From: Phoronis australis
Lineage: Eukaryota; Animalia; Phoronida
DNA length: 64,000 nucleotides
Direction of reading: 5' to 3'
NCBI GenBank assembly: GCA_002633005.1
Contig: NMRA01000529.1
Span: forward strand, 237,768 to 301,767
Below, one piece after another: positions 52,201 through 61,613 of the stretch. Under the pieces are notes generated by a model. That model was not told the origin of the DNA, made no database searches, and saw only the letters and a list, made by a program, of their open reading frames with translations. The translations under genes were made by a program, and so were the position numbers. Within the stretch, counting starts at the first letter, position 1. Each line of letters begins with the position of its first letter.

Positions 52201-55200
52201 ATGAGTTTCGTAGAGCACCGACGAAAATTGCATTTTAATATTTTTTGGCTTAGTTCCGCCTAATTTGTAGCCCTTTGGACTAGTGCACTTTCGGACTAGT
52301 GCATTTTCGGACTAGTGAACGTTAAGGCTAGTGTACCTTTAGACTTGTGAGCTGCCTCACATGGTGACGGCTTCGCTAGTCAGTTCAAAACTATGCTAGA
52401 TTACACGTACATGTGGGTTAGAAAATGGCTACTGGACGGCGTGGGTGGATTTTTTAACATGAGCAAGTCTTTCATGGCCAATACCTTAAGATTTTATCTG
52501 CGTTACAGAAAACCCCAAAATGCATTTCGATTGGCATGTAGTCACTCCCATTGACCACACAATACTCGAATGTCTATTGGATGCAATATGTGAACATGTG
52601 TTAGCAGTTGACTTTGCTAGACCTGACGCAGAATCTTGACGCAAGCATCCCGCGTTCGATGAGTACGATACCTTGACGACGTATTGTGATCCTTCTGAGC
52701 AATTGCAAAGGTAGTTGTATTAGCACCCAGCACATTGTCAAAGGTCCTCAATATGTTTTTCGTTACCTGCAAGAAAAATTTAGAGAAAATCATGTAGGTA
52801 GTCTGATGATAAGTAACACGCTGTTTGACTTTTTGAGTGTTGAAACGCTAATGGATAACATTGGTCACTATTCTGTTGTATAACAAGAAAAAATCAAACT
52901 TGAGCATACGTGAAATTGTTGCATTAACGCGTGTATAGTTAACTCTAAAAGTAGCCGAGTTTCGCGTTATTTTTTTTTAAATATGCATGTAACATTCCAG
53001 TTACAAATAAGTAATTACGCACGTTATCCTAATACACTGCCTTACTGACACGTGCATGTTTCAGACAGCGCTCTGTCAACAGGTGATCCAGTCGCTCTCT
53101 AATGTCTCGAACATGGCTCCCCTCCCAAATCCAACACTCTTCTCTGAGCATGCTTTTACCTGCTTCGAAATATTTGTTAGCTGGCTAACACTGCTGACTA
53201 TGGATGATACCAAAGTGATATCGGCAGAGTTCAGCTCTGTTCTATTCGACGTTAGCTCAGCTGTTTCCCTGGTCACGGACTCAACGTTTGAAACGTTAAC
53301 AGTTACCTGATAAGACGAATACAAAGCTAAAATAGAATCAGGTATAACCCGCATTATTGGAAAAGCGCAGGATGACAAATGTGTTCACCAGGGGAAACTT
53401 TCCAGAAAAGTAATTAAGTCAAAAATCTTGTCTGACACACAAAAAGAGTATTTCAGAAACACCGTATCGCAATTCAGCAAAGTAGGGCGATGAGAATATT
53501 TCCCAGCGTCCCGTTCCAAGGAAACTGACTTAGCTAAGACAAATGTTAAATGTTAGCCAATTTCAAGATAAAGCCCCAATTTGTCTTACGTCTGGTTCAA
53601 GAAAGAGATCTTAAGATTGGCTTGAGTTTTTGACTGAAGGTTTGTCTTCATTTTCACTAACATGCCAGATGTGGAAGTTTTTAAAATTGAAGGTTGACAC
53701 AAAAAATAAACTTGACTCAAAAAATAATGAACTTTTAAGTTCATTTCCTTTCTAACGGGTCCTAGGTTTCTAAATATTCACTTACTTGTGTAACTTCTTT
53801 ATTAAAAATTGTAAAATAAGTATTCAGATACAATGTAGCCAAATGAAAACACAAGATTTCGGACCTGTACGTGGGCTGATCTTTAAATGTATGGCTAACA
53901 ATATATGCAAAGAAATAGTCGTTTTTTACAAAAGCGCATTTCACAATGAATGCGCTTTTCTTTTGACCTTCACAGAACTTATTTCGGTAGCTCATCCACA
54001 CGACCATATCCATGATGGTGAAAAAAGACCTTTTCTTGTAATAGCGAAAAAGGATATTCTGATGCAAAAAATTTCCTATAATGGCGAAGAATATTTTCTG
54101 AAGTCCCCAGTTCAACAGGTGCTTGTGACCAGCGGATAAATGATAAATAACGACAGCAAGATCCAACATTTACATGTAATCGTCAATAAAAATCTAAAAA
54201 ACTCGATCGGAAAGTACCTAGAGCCTATTTCATGAAAATGACATACATGTAAGTCTTAAGACAGAAATTTTGTCTTAAGCTCGTCTCCTTTCACAGTTGC
54301 TGAATAAAGGCTTAGTCGACTAATAATGAGCACATCGCAGTCTAAAAACAATTAATAGAAATTAAATTAGTAACTAGTGGTTATGTGAATAATTTTAGAG
54401 GCTTTGATCATTTTGTCAAGTGAAATTTCATAATTTCTCGGAAGTAGTAATGTGGAGTGGAAGACATGTATCTTAAGTCATACCCATAATACAATACCCT
54501 GCAAATGGAAACAAGCGCCCGATTTAGAGCATTGGGCATGCGTAAAACTTACATGTATAGCAAAATCTATCAATAGCGGATTTGCAGCGCAAACAAACTA
54601 CGCATTGCGCATGTGCGAGTTACTTCCTGCGCGAAGGCTCATGGGATAGCTTGTGGTCAGGCATGTCTTGAGCAGGCTGGATAGTGTGTGCATTTGGAGT
54701 GATTTGCAAACTAAAAACCATGTTTCATTTTTTTGCTTTATAATACCAAGCAAGTCCTCTCTCTCGTTTGTAAACACAGCGTAGCTATGATCAGTGACCG
54801 TGTGACCGAGGGCACAACNNNNNNNNNNNNNNNNNNNNNNNNNNNNNNNNNNNNNNNNNNNNNNNNNNNNNNNNNNNNNNNNNNNNNNNNNNNNNNNNNN
54901 NNNNNNNNNNNNNNNNNNNNNNNNNNNNNNNNNNNNNNNNNNNNNNNNNNNNNNNNNNNNNNNNNNNNNNNNNNNNNNNNNNNNNNNNNNNNNNNNNNNN
55001 NNNNNNNNNNNNNNNNNNNNNNNNNNNNNNNNNNNNNNNNNNNNNNNNNNNNNNNNNNNNNNNNNNNNNNNNNNNNNNNNNNNNNNNNNNNNNNNNNNNN
55101 NNNNNNNNNNNNNNNNNNNNNNNNNNNNNNNNNNNNNNNNNNNNNNNNNNNNNNNNNNNNNNNNNNNNNNNNNNNNNNNNNNNNNNNNNNNNNNNNNNNN

Positions 55201-58200
55201 NNNNNNNNNNNNNNNNNNNNNNNNNNNNNNNNNNNNNNNNNNNNNNNNNNNNNNNNNNNNNNNNNNNNNNNNNNNNNNNNNNNNNNNNNNNNNNNNNNNN
55301 NNNNNNNNNNNNNNNNNNNNNNNNNNNNNNNNNNNNNNNNNTTACTCCCAGCTCTCCTAATGTTGTTTATCCATTTTTCACGAAGTTCTTGGTTTACAGG
55401 GAACACATAAAAACTCAGATTTTTATCTGTCTTGTTGTTTTTGAAGCAGCCAGGAACACAAGTGTATCCGCCGTAAGTTTTCTTCGCGCTCATACCGCGT
55501 ATTATACTTGTTACTATGGCCGCTTTCGGAATCCTGACCACAGCACCCACAATGCACCATTTTAACCTAATTTCAATATGGCGTCGCTGCAAATCCGCTA
55601 TTAACGTACTCTGCATTATATAGAGAATGATTTGGCGCCGTGTATCTTACTCAGTGCTGTACAAAACAAATGTACTGCAAATTCAGAAGTGATTACCGTG
55701 TTATTAATGTAAGTTTGAACATTCACATTCACATTTACTTTTCTGTTGTAAGCGTATTAATACAGTTTAGTGGGATTAACAGATCCGAGTACTTACAGAA
55801 GATAGGTTTCTGAGTAAACCGGTCACAGCGGATTCCTGCTCAGCACAAGGAGTGACTCCAGAGATTTCGTTAGATAAATTTCTCAAGCACCTTAGCTGAA
55901 TCGACAGTGCACCAGCTACAACCAAAACACTTCACTGTGTATCACCAATAAGCAAAAGACGTGTTGCCGGGTTGTAATACCTAGTACAACCGTTGAGCTC
56001 CTGAATACCCTTGTGAATGCATAATGACGTCATAAACTGGAAATTGCACTGTTTGTGGGGCGCGCGAAAAGAAAACGGTATTTTTCAAGTGGGTCAACAG
56101 GATGAGGCACAGTTAGGTCATTTTAAATCTAATTAAATATCCCCTTAAATTAAATGATATTGAACATTACATGCTTTATATTTATCTTGTGACCCCATAT
56201 GTAAACTTGGTGTCTTAACGGAGACCTTGTGGTTTTTGCGGAGAGTTATTGATACTTGACGATTGAAAATGTTTTGAAAGAAAATTTCCAGTAGAAAACA
56301 CTTCGGTGAGGAAATCCTAATAGGTCAAAACAGGGTTTTAACATGTTTTGAATTGATAAAAGGTTATAAAAATATCTATGAAAGGAGACTCCAGAACTGC
56401 AATGCGAGTACTTACGAACACAACTGTTTTTGGACACCTGACTATGATTCTTGGTAGTATATCCTTCTTTACATGGCACGCAGACTCTCTGCAAGGCTTT
56501 GGGCTGGTAAGTACCAACAGGGCAGTTGACACACGCTCCATTTACCGACTTCTGGCCTGCAGTGCAGTTACCTGAAAGAAACGCGAAAGGGTCAATATGA
56601 ACAATTGAACACTATCAACAAGCATTCTGAAAAATGTATCATCAAAACCTGCAGTATTTCTTAAATAAACAATTTATGGGAGAAAAATAAATTGGAATAT
56701 ATAGTTTTCAAATTGGAGCAGGTTAAGCAACACAATATACACCAAAGGAATGTATGTTGTTCTTATTCTATAAACTAGAGACAACTTATCAAATATTCCT
56801 CCAGATATGTTGCAGTTTACAATAAATGATCAGTTATTTTTTGAAATACCAGTACATAATATTAGAAGCACATGTATGACCATCCCATAACGTGTCTTAA
56901 ACAAGCACCGGGTAGAGAGATCGGCATATTAAAAACGAAATAAAACCATACACGATAATCTATGAAAAGGTTTTAATGCAAATTTAGAAAAACGTTTAAA
57001 TAAATACCAAAAGGAACAGGAGACATTTCGAACATAATACGCTTAAGGACGATACTAAGACCTAAGCGACGTGAATTGAAGATGGCAAAAAGCCTACAAA
57101 ACACTTTAATCTGTAGTCTGGAAAAAGAAACTACATTCACAAGTGACGATTACTAAACTAAATAATGATTTCCTCTATAGAGGTCGCTCTCAGTAAAATT
57201 CACGTCTTTTATGTCTTTTACTGTAGCCTTTACATCTCAAAATCAATAATACTCATCAAATCATAATCTTATTGTGTGCAGGCGTCACTGTCACAAATAT
57301 GGATGGGTAATATGTTCTAACAAATTATTAAATGAGTACGCCAATTTTCAGGCCTTAAATCAAATATCGAAAAAACTCGGTGTGTATGGATTGGATGCAT
57401 GAAACATTTAATTTGCGTTTTTAACTCAATTTGCATTTATTTCATTGTAGATGTAATTTTTCTGTTGTTATCTATATTGTTCTTCTTAATTGTCAATATC
57501 TATGTAACTTATTGTTAGTCCGTGGTCAGCTATTAGCGGTGCCTTTGCTGGCCACACAGTCATATGTTTTATATGATTTTAAAAATAAACGTTTCTCTCT
57601 CTCTCTCTGAGATCATTTTGTGCCTGGAAAGAAAGTTTAAAATGAAGTAGAGGAACATTTATCAATATGGGAGTTACATGTACATACACGTATAGTGTAG
57701 ACCTGGAACATATTTAAAATTTGAACAGCGGCGAAAAAAGGAAGGAAATAAATAGAATATTGAATGCCTGTCTTACAGCGCAGTTATCTTTCACCAAAAT
57801 TTGCCCATTACTTTGCCACACTCCCGTCTCTTTCCCAAGCATCATTTTTAAAATTCATTGATGGTCAAAAGAATGATAAAATAGCTAGAAAGTATACGAC
57901 CCAAGATTATGACAGTGGCAGATTTAGAATGGTCCACCTGGCTTCTCACACTGAAACTTACGTGGATCCGTAATCCAAACTATACTTGAGGATATACAAG
58001 TGTTTGTACTAAAGCATTTTGTAAAAATTGGCATTTGTGGTGTTCCGGAGCTGATTGTTGTAATGCTAGCTGTTCTCAACTTAAAAATAAGTTCTGGATT
58101 GAAGTATTCTCGGTCTTGAAAAATTTGTCAAGATGACCCAAGAGACATCGGCGGAATTTGAAAATCTTACTTATAAGCCGCTTTGGTACATTGATTCTTC

Positions 58201-60889
58201 AGTCAGCCTCAACAAAGAGTCATACCCAGGGAGTGATAAAGGAATAAGATTTGTATATGATATAATAGATAATGATGGACTTAGATTACAAGCCTCTACA
58301 TGTACAGGTATAGAGTTTTCCTTTAGACTTATGATGGACTTAGGAATGCAATATTGTCTGCCTCGGTCGGTGAGAGAATGTCAAATACTAGAGTGCTACA
58401 CGCACGCCTACCACAATATCCGGAAGTGTTCAAACAGATAACAAAAATAAGAAAGGGTCTAGTACAGTGTGTGATATATCTATTCGTTATACGAGGATAA
58501 AACTGATAGCACAGGCTAAAGGAATTTCAGAGATCGGTAATGAATCAACTATGGGTTGGAAAACAAAGTACATTACATATTTAATAATTTTCTCTTGGTG
58601 TAAAACTAAGATGGTTTCAGTGTGGATTAGTTCATATAATAATACAAGAATATGTACAAACTTCGTTTTTTTATAAGTGCGTATAGGATGAATATAGGTT
58701 ATCCCACATACTCAAGAAAACAACTGCCATATCCTATCTCCGGAGAATTCATTTCATCTGGGAATGTCCCAACGAGATCGAAGATCGAGTTCAGTCATTC
58801 CCAGATGAAATGAATTCGAGGATATTGCAGTAGTATTCCTAGGTATGTGGGAAAACCTATTTATCCCATATATTTTAACTTGTTTGCATCATCGTGGTAG
58901 TACCTTGTTGCCGTGTGATCCGGCTTTTTGGTATATAACCTCATAAATATACCCCGGAAAACAGGTAAAGCGAAAGACAATCAGTGAAACTGATTAAAAC
59001 CAGTCATACCTAAGCCACACGCGGCTGACGAAGTCGATCCCGTTCCGAAAGTGATTCCTTTAGAGCACTTTAGACACCAGTCTTCTGAGGAGTTGTCCCT
59101 GTAATATCCTTGGGCACAAGTCTGGCACTCGGACTTTCCGACCACGTATTCCGAACCAGAAGGGCAATCAACTAAATGTACAGAGGAAAAAACATAACAG
59201 TCTCTCAGTACTTGATTCTATGTTGTGTTTTGGTTAAACACACGTCTGTTAGTTGGGATAAACGATAAGTTTATTAAAAATGCGGGCGAAAGCCAGTGGA
59301 ACTTGAGTCTCATGTTTTAACCATGGACTTTGAAGAAGCCCGCAGGGTACATGTACCTTACCAATAGGTAACCCAAAACGTCACCCTTTTGAATGATTAC
59401 TCCCAATAAAATACATGTACGTTGCTTCTATAGTGAACACTACAAGACGGTACCTCAGATATTCAGAGGAAATGTAAAATAAATGAAGTATTCGGGGTAG
59501 TGGGATTTATCCCGTATTTCTTCGGATTTTGCAGGCATGATAAGGTGTCCATCGCATTACTTCTACATATACATGTACGACTGAAGAGATATTGTGATGG
59601 AACACAAACAAGTGAAATTACGAAAAATATTTTTCCTAAGGTCAAAACCTAACAGTACCCTTCATACTTAACTTCCATGAAGTGGTAAGGCCTAAAATGT
59701 GACCCTTCTTGCGACACATAATTGTAGCTCTTTCAACTGGGTAAATTACCTGGCGATGATGGGGGATAATAACCTAATGGCACCCACTCTTCGATATTCC
59801 AAGCATTAAAGAGTATCCACAATCACCCTGTGCTTCATAAAGAATTTTATTAATACATCACAAGTGAATGAATAGCCTTTAGAATAACTATTGCTAAGAA
59901 ATAAGCCAACAACTAAAATGTTTTTCTGTTATCGGTGTTGTTTATAATGGGTAGAAGACCGTTTTCGCGGTTGTTTTTAACAATGCGATACAAAAGAGTT
60001 GTGATGGAAAAGACCGAGGAGAGCCACCTTTTTCAGACATGAAAAGGTGCGTTTGTGATGACTGAGAACGTCTGTGCTCAAATTACTCAAACACGTGAAA
60101 GTTGCACAGAAATGTCATCGGTTTTTGTGCCACAGAGAGTGTGGAATGTCAACGGGGAACATGCGATTCAGTCGACAGCCACACTTTATTCGGCACATTT
60201 CAAGGAACCGTGTTTCGACCAAGCACAAAAAACAGCGTTACGATGAAGGACTTGACATCTTGAAATTGTGTTTGCAAATTTGATAAATAACGGACAAATT
60301 ATTTGCATTGTCTGATTCTTCAAGTATTTAAGTGCGGTGTTCTCCCTCTCCCTCTGCCTCCCCCTCTCCCTTCCACTCCTCCTCCCCCTCCTCCTCCCCC
60401 CCTCTCTCTCTCACTGCATAACAATTGTCCAGTTCTCGATCAAATTCTTCTGATATGCCGTGTTCCACCATTGCAATTGATTGTAAAGTGGCCAACCGTC
60501 TTCAGACCATTACATCATTTGGCGGGAAAATTGGAATAACTAATTTCTCATGAAACTTAAAAATCGTGATTATCTGGTATAAAACGTTCTTTTTAGTTAT
60601 AATTTCCAACAACTTTGCTTACAATGGCTATAAATCGTGAAAATTGACTTAAGAGTACATGATTTTGCACTAATTTTTCACCTAATTCTAAGACTGCAGT
60701 GTGCCAACTTACGTATGCACTTCAGCGCTGTTCCACTCCATGTCTTATCGAACTGGCATGTTCTTGAAAGGTTGCCGCCATATTGTTTATGTCCCGTATC
60801 ACATGCATACTTGGCAACATCCTCAAAAAGATTGGTGGTTGTATTTACGTTTGAGTTGGAGTTAACATCAGGAATACCGCAGCTGACTC
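25008..60889 (-). CDS. Adhesion GPCR gene span (Sushi, 2x ephrin-receptor-like, GAIN with PAN insert, 7TM); 5'-incomplete
   Basis: The 15 exons listed individually all have GT-AG boundaries and compatible phases. They total 2702 nt, about 900 codons, with no internal stop. Confidence 0.92.
26678..26877 (-). CDS. aGPCR exon: ECL2 CW motif, TM5, ICL3, TM6
   Basis: CWLSRELFYYGFLIPVCTIIATNTVVFILVM...AAMSTLVLMG. Phase 2 to 1, 200 nt. Confidence 0.93.
27136..27202 (-). CDS. aGPCR exon: TM4 (not in the ORF track)
   Basis: cccacag|GVPLLCVVTPLAVNPNLYGGKDY|gtaagt. 67 nt, phase 1 to 2, which exactly bridges its neighbours. Confidence 0.9.
28777..29087 (-). CDS. aGPCR exon: ICL1, TM2, TM3, ICL2
   Basis: LFSRCCKSNRSIAGFKKLGKGRSQQSLFNLSVALLLSMIVFLAG...GCVAVAVLLHYLILVSFCWMLVEGILQYLKFVKV...FAWG. 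Phase 2 to 1. Confidence 0.92.
29602..29723 (-). CDS. aGPCR exon: stalk and TM1
   Basis: DVHRTPIDEGHKLALSIISIVGLSLSIIGLFCTISTFLVFR. Boundaries ctccag and gtgagc, phase 0 to 2. Confidence 0.93.
30958..31104 (-). CDS. aGPCR exon: GPS motif with HL|T autoproteolysis site
   Basis: GDFSSGSVACGYWDHGLSDFSQDGCWSNGSVNERHICMCNHLTNFAILL. 147 nt, phase 0-0. Confidence 0.95.
33828..33925 (+). repeat. GGTCGAGGG(A/G)-based ~16-bp tandem array, likely a transposon subterminal repeat
   Basis: Several degenerate GGTCGAGGGAGTTGTG units. Confidence 0.75.
35277..38390 (+). repeat. ~1.5-kb near-tandem duplication (35277-36804 and 36918-38390)
   Basis: Both copies run from GGATACACAGACAGTCC to CTCTGGCTGGCGACT with scattered substitutions and indels. 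A single N at 36807 lies between them. Confidence 0.93.
39277..39479 (-). CDS. aGPCR exon: GAIN subdomain B strands
   Basis: EWAAGQKISFIIYNNWKLFQ...SKIVSAKVNTRSVKVELDEPLTATFLPVKR|gtaagt. Phase 1 to 0; an alternative in-frame acceptor lies 9 nt downstream. Confidence 0.9.
40255..40524 (-). CDS. PAN/Apple-like domain exon within the aGPCR GAIN region
   Basis: ttctag|GVLHLFNESRNTRIVGC...SAAYCAFVCADTRKNSNSSNFPYTCVGFNFDETSRTCELCS...GWTSHVYVP|gtaagt. 270 nt, phase 1-1, open. Shows the CxxxC...CxxFxF.....CxL pattern. Confidence 0.8.
41080..41351 (-). CDS. aGPCR exon: end of GAIN subdomain A and start of subdomain B
   Basis: RLTKILESIASQIQLDPNSSFVDVLPNIAIAVFQ...TDLTIRLPKSVVEPKG. Phase 2 to 1, 272 nt. 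Confidence 0.88.
41450..41494 (+). repeat. 11-bp tandem repeat (ACCATCTGATT) x4
   Basis: Direct reading. Confidence 0.95.
42443..45945 (+). mobile_element. Sola3-type DNA transposon, second family, internally deleted
   Basis: TTAA|GAGACAGTCCATATAAAAACCA ... TGGTTTTTATATGGAGTCACTC|TTAA, i.e. GAG..CTC termini. ORF 43586-44029 contains NAGCYHS, RYDLSKSQNGKDLCDGKIAPLKQH and GHVKG, homologous to the element at 14441. Confidence 0.8.
46920..48725 (+). CDS. Intact two-exon gene (46920-47194 + 48317-48725, 227 aa) encoding a P2X7-ballast/nanor-like Zn-binding protein; probable Kolobok accessory ORF
   Basis: The splice TG|gtaaga...ttgcag|G rebuilds a Trp codon. Acidic N-terminus, then WCTCDNC..ERVCCQEV..CIVYHGSFQPVCINRDVL..RMRHIAYRQFQRWVHGHLG..RVVIPACAVACIRAFYP..FQGF. 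Confidence 0.88.
47412..47560 (+). mobile_element. tRNA-derived SINE fragment in the intron of the ballast-like gene
   Basis: A-box TGGCGCATTGG and B-box GGTTCGAATCC at tRNA-like spacing. No full cloverleaf is evident. Confidence 0.55.
49597..49967. mobile_element. MITE nested in the Kolobok element
   Basis: ~37-bp inverted repeats TGAATGATATTGG..CACGA(G/A)AAGACTGACGACCCA at both ends. Confidence 0.7.
50025..51392 (-). pseudogene. Kolobok transposase remnant: frameshifted THAP exon and C-terminal exon, catalytic core not found
   Basis: MVHRCVCANCANTSQVEGVTLFRFPKDKHLAAKWHVFV, then a frameshift, then ICSDHFEDGCF..|gtaagt (exon ends 51146). C-terminal piece YVNEVRKNTL...APPMLSAGAPDVSKEEAVARMRSRY at 50025-50207. 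Confidence 0.75.
50560..50624 (-). mobile_element. tRNA-derived SINE head
   Basis: Minus strand carries TAGCTGAATGG (A-box) and GGTTCGATTCC (B-box); the stems are degenerate. Confidence 0.6.
52672..52766 (-). CDS. aGPCR exon: GAIN subdomain A helix
   Basis: ttgcag|VTKNILRTFDNVLGANTTTFAIAQKDHNTSSR|gtatcg. 95 nt, phase 0 to 2. Confidence 0.88.
53160..53306 (-). CDS. aGPCR exon: GAIN subdomain A helices
   Basis: VTVNVSNVESVTRETAELTSNRTELNSADITLVSSIVSSVSQLTNISKQ. 147 nt, phase 0-0. Confidence 0.9.
54575..55599 (-). mobile_element. THAP-bearing DNA transposon (ISL2EU-type) spanning the gap at 54819-55341
   Basis: Perfect inverted ends AGCGGATTTGCAGCG flanked by AT on both sides. THAP fragment GGYTCVPGCFKNNKTDKNLSFYVFPVNQELREKWINNIRR. 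Confidence 0.75.
55797..55915 (-). CDS. aGPCR exon: linker into GAIN
   Basis: ttgtag|PGALSIQLRCLRNLSNEISGVTPCAEQESAVTGLLRNLSS|gtaagt. 119 nt, phase 1 to 0, which the flanking exons require. Confidence 0.8.
56416..56571 (-). CDS. aGPCR exon: ephrin-receptor-like (GCC2/GCC3) Cys repeat 2
   Basis: GNCTAGQKSVNGACVNCPVGTYQPKALQRVCVPCKEGYTTKNHSQVSKNSCV. 156 nt, phase 1-1. Confidence 0.92.
56790..58330 (+). mobile_element. Highly decayed L1/Tx1-like LINE fragments
   Basis: QFTINDQLFFE at ~56810, EDGKKPTKHF..LEK at ~57080 and KPLWY..DKGIRFVYDIIDNDG at ~58175-58280. Interrupted by other sequence, including an AATAAA plus (CT)n-tailed 3' end near 57600. Confidence 0.55.
58682..58872. mobile_element. 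Hairpin (foldback) MITE
   Basis: GAATTCATTTCATCTGGGAATG pairs with CATTCCCAGATGAAATGAATTC, and ATAGGTTATCCCACATAC pairs with GTATGTGGGAAAACCTAT. Confidence 0.8.
59010..59171 (-). CDS. aGPCR exon: ephrin-receptor-like Cys repeat 1 (not in the ORF track)
   Basis: atttag|DCPSGSEYVVGKSECQTCAQGYYRDNSSEDWCLKCSKGITFGTGSTSSAACGL|gtatga. 162 nt, phase 1-1. Confidence 0.92.
60713..60889 (-). CDS. aGPCR exon: Sushi/CCP domain
   Basis: GVSCGIPDVNSNSNVNTTTNLFEDVAKYACDTGHKQYGGNLSRTCQFDKTWSGTALKCI. 177 nt, phase 1-1. Confidence 0.93.
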
Positions 60890-61570
60890 CTGAAACAAAA
60901 GCCATACATGTACATCAGTTGCAAAAATTACCTTATTACGTTTCCTCAATGTTAGGAAACTGACCTTAAATTGACACTGGTTTCAAATATGTGTGATTTC
61001 TGGGTGTAAAGAAATACTAGTTTGCTAATCATAAGGCAAGTTGAAGTATCACTCCCTTGAAGGACCAAAATGTATTGTCGTGTGAGTAAATGACAAGTTT
61101 TCTCCAATTTTGCTATTGCAAGAGGTGTTAATATTCATTTCGTGTACCTATAGAACTGCGGATGTGGTATTGCTGCTTTGATAATCGAATGACAAGTGCA
61201 CGCCCAAATAAAAATTGGCTGGATTATTCGACAATAGACTCCAAACAATTGAAACAAGAAACCCAAGGTGGATGGGTCAACGAAAATAAAAGTAAAATGA
61301 CAGTATACTTAGATCTAGATTTTTGTGTTGTCATCGCATTTCTGTTACAGAACGTCAGATGGAACGTGACAGAATTGCGTTTTATTCCCGTGAACCGTGT
61401 TGATAGAAAAATATTGAGGTTTATGGAAGGTACCCAAAATAAATTTTATTACAGTTATTGTAATAAAACAGAGCGTAGATGAAATAATTGCACAAGGCAA
61501 TGCCGTTCACGTTCACGACTTGAAGTTTCATATCTGATTTAACTTGTAAAAGACCAAAAAAGGAACTTAC

Positions 61571-61613
61571 TTGAACAAATCAACGCAGTTCCGCTCCATG
61601 TAGTATCAGACTG
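61571..61613 (-). pseudogene. 3' stub of another Sushi exon, truncated by a transposon end
   Basis: QSDTTWSGTALICS|gtaagt parallels QFDKTWSGTALKCI of the neighbouring exon. It abuts CAGGGGCGGATCTAC at 61614. Confidence 0.8.

Noticed and set aside
60303-60539. Poly-proline ORF
   Set aside because: Arises from a C/T-rich low-complexity tract on the strand opposite the gene.
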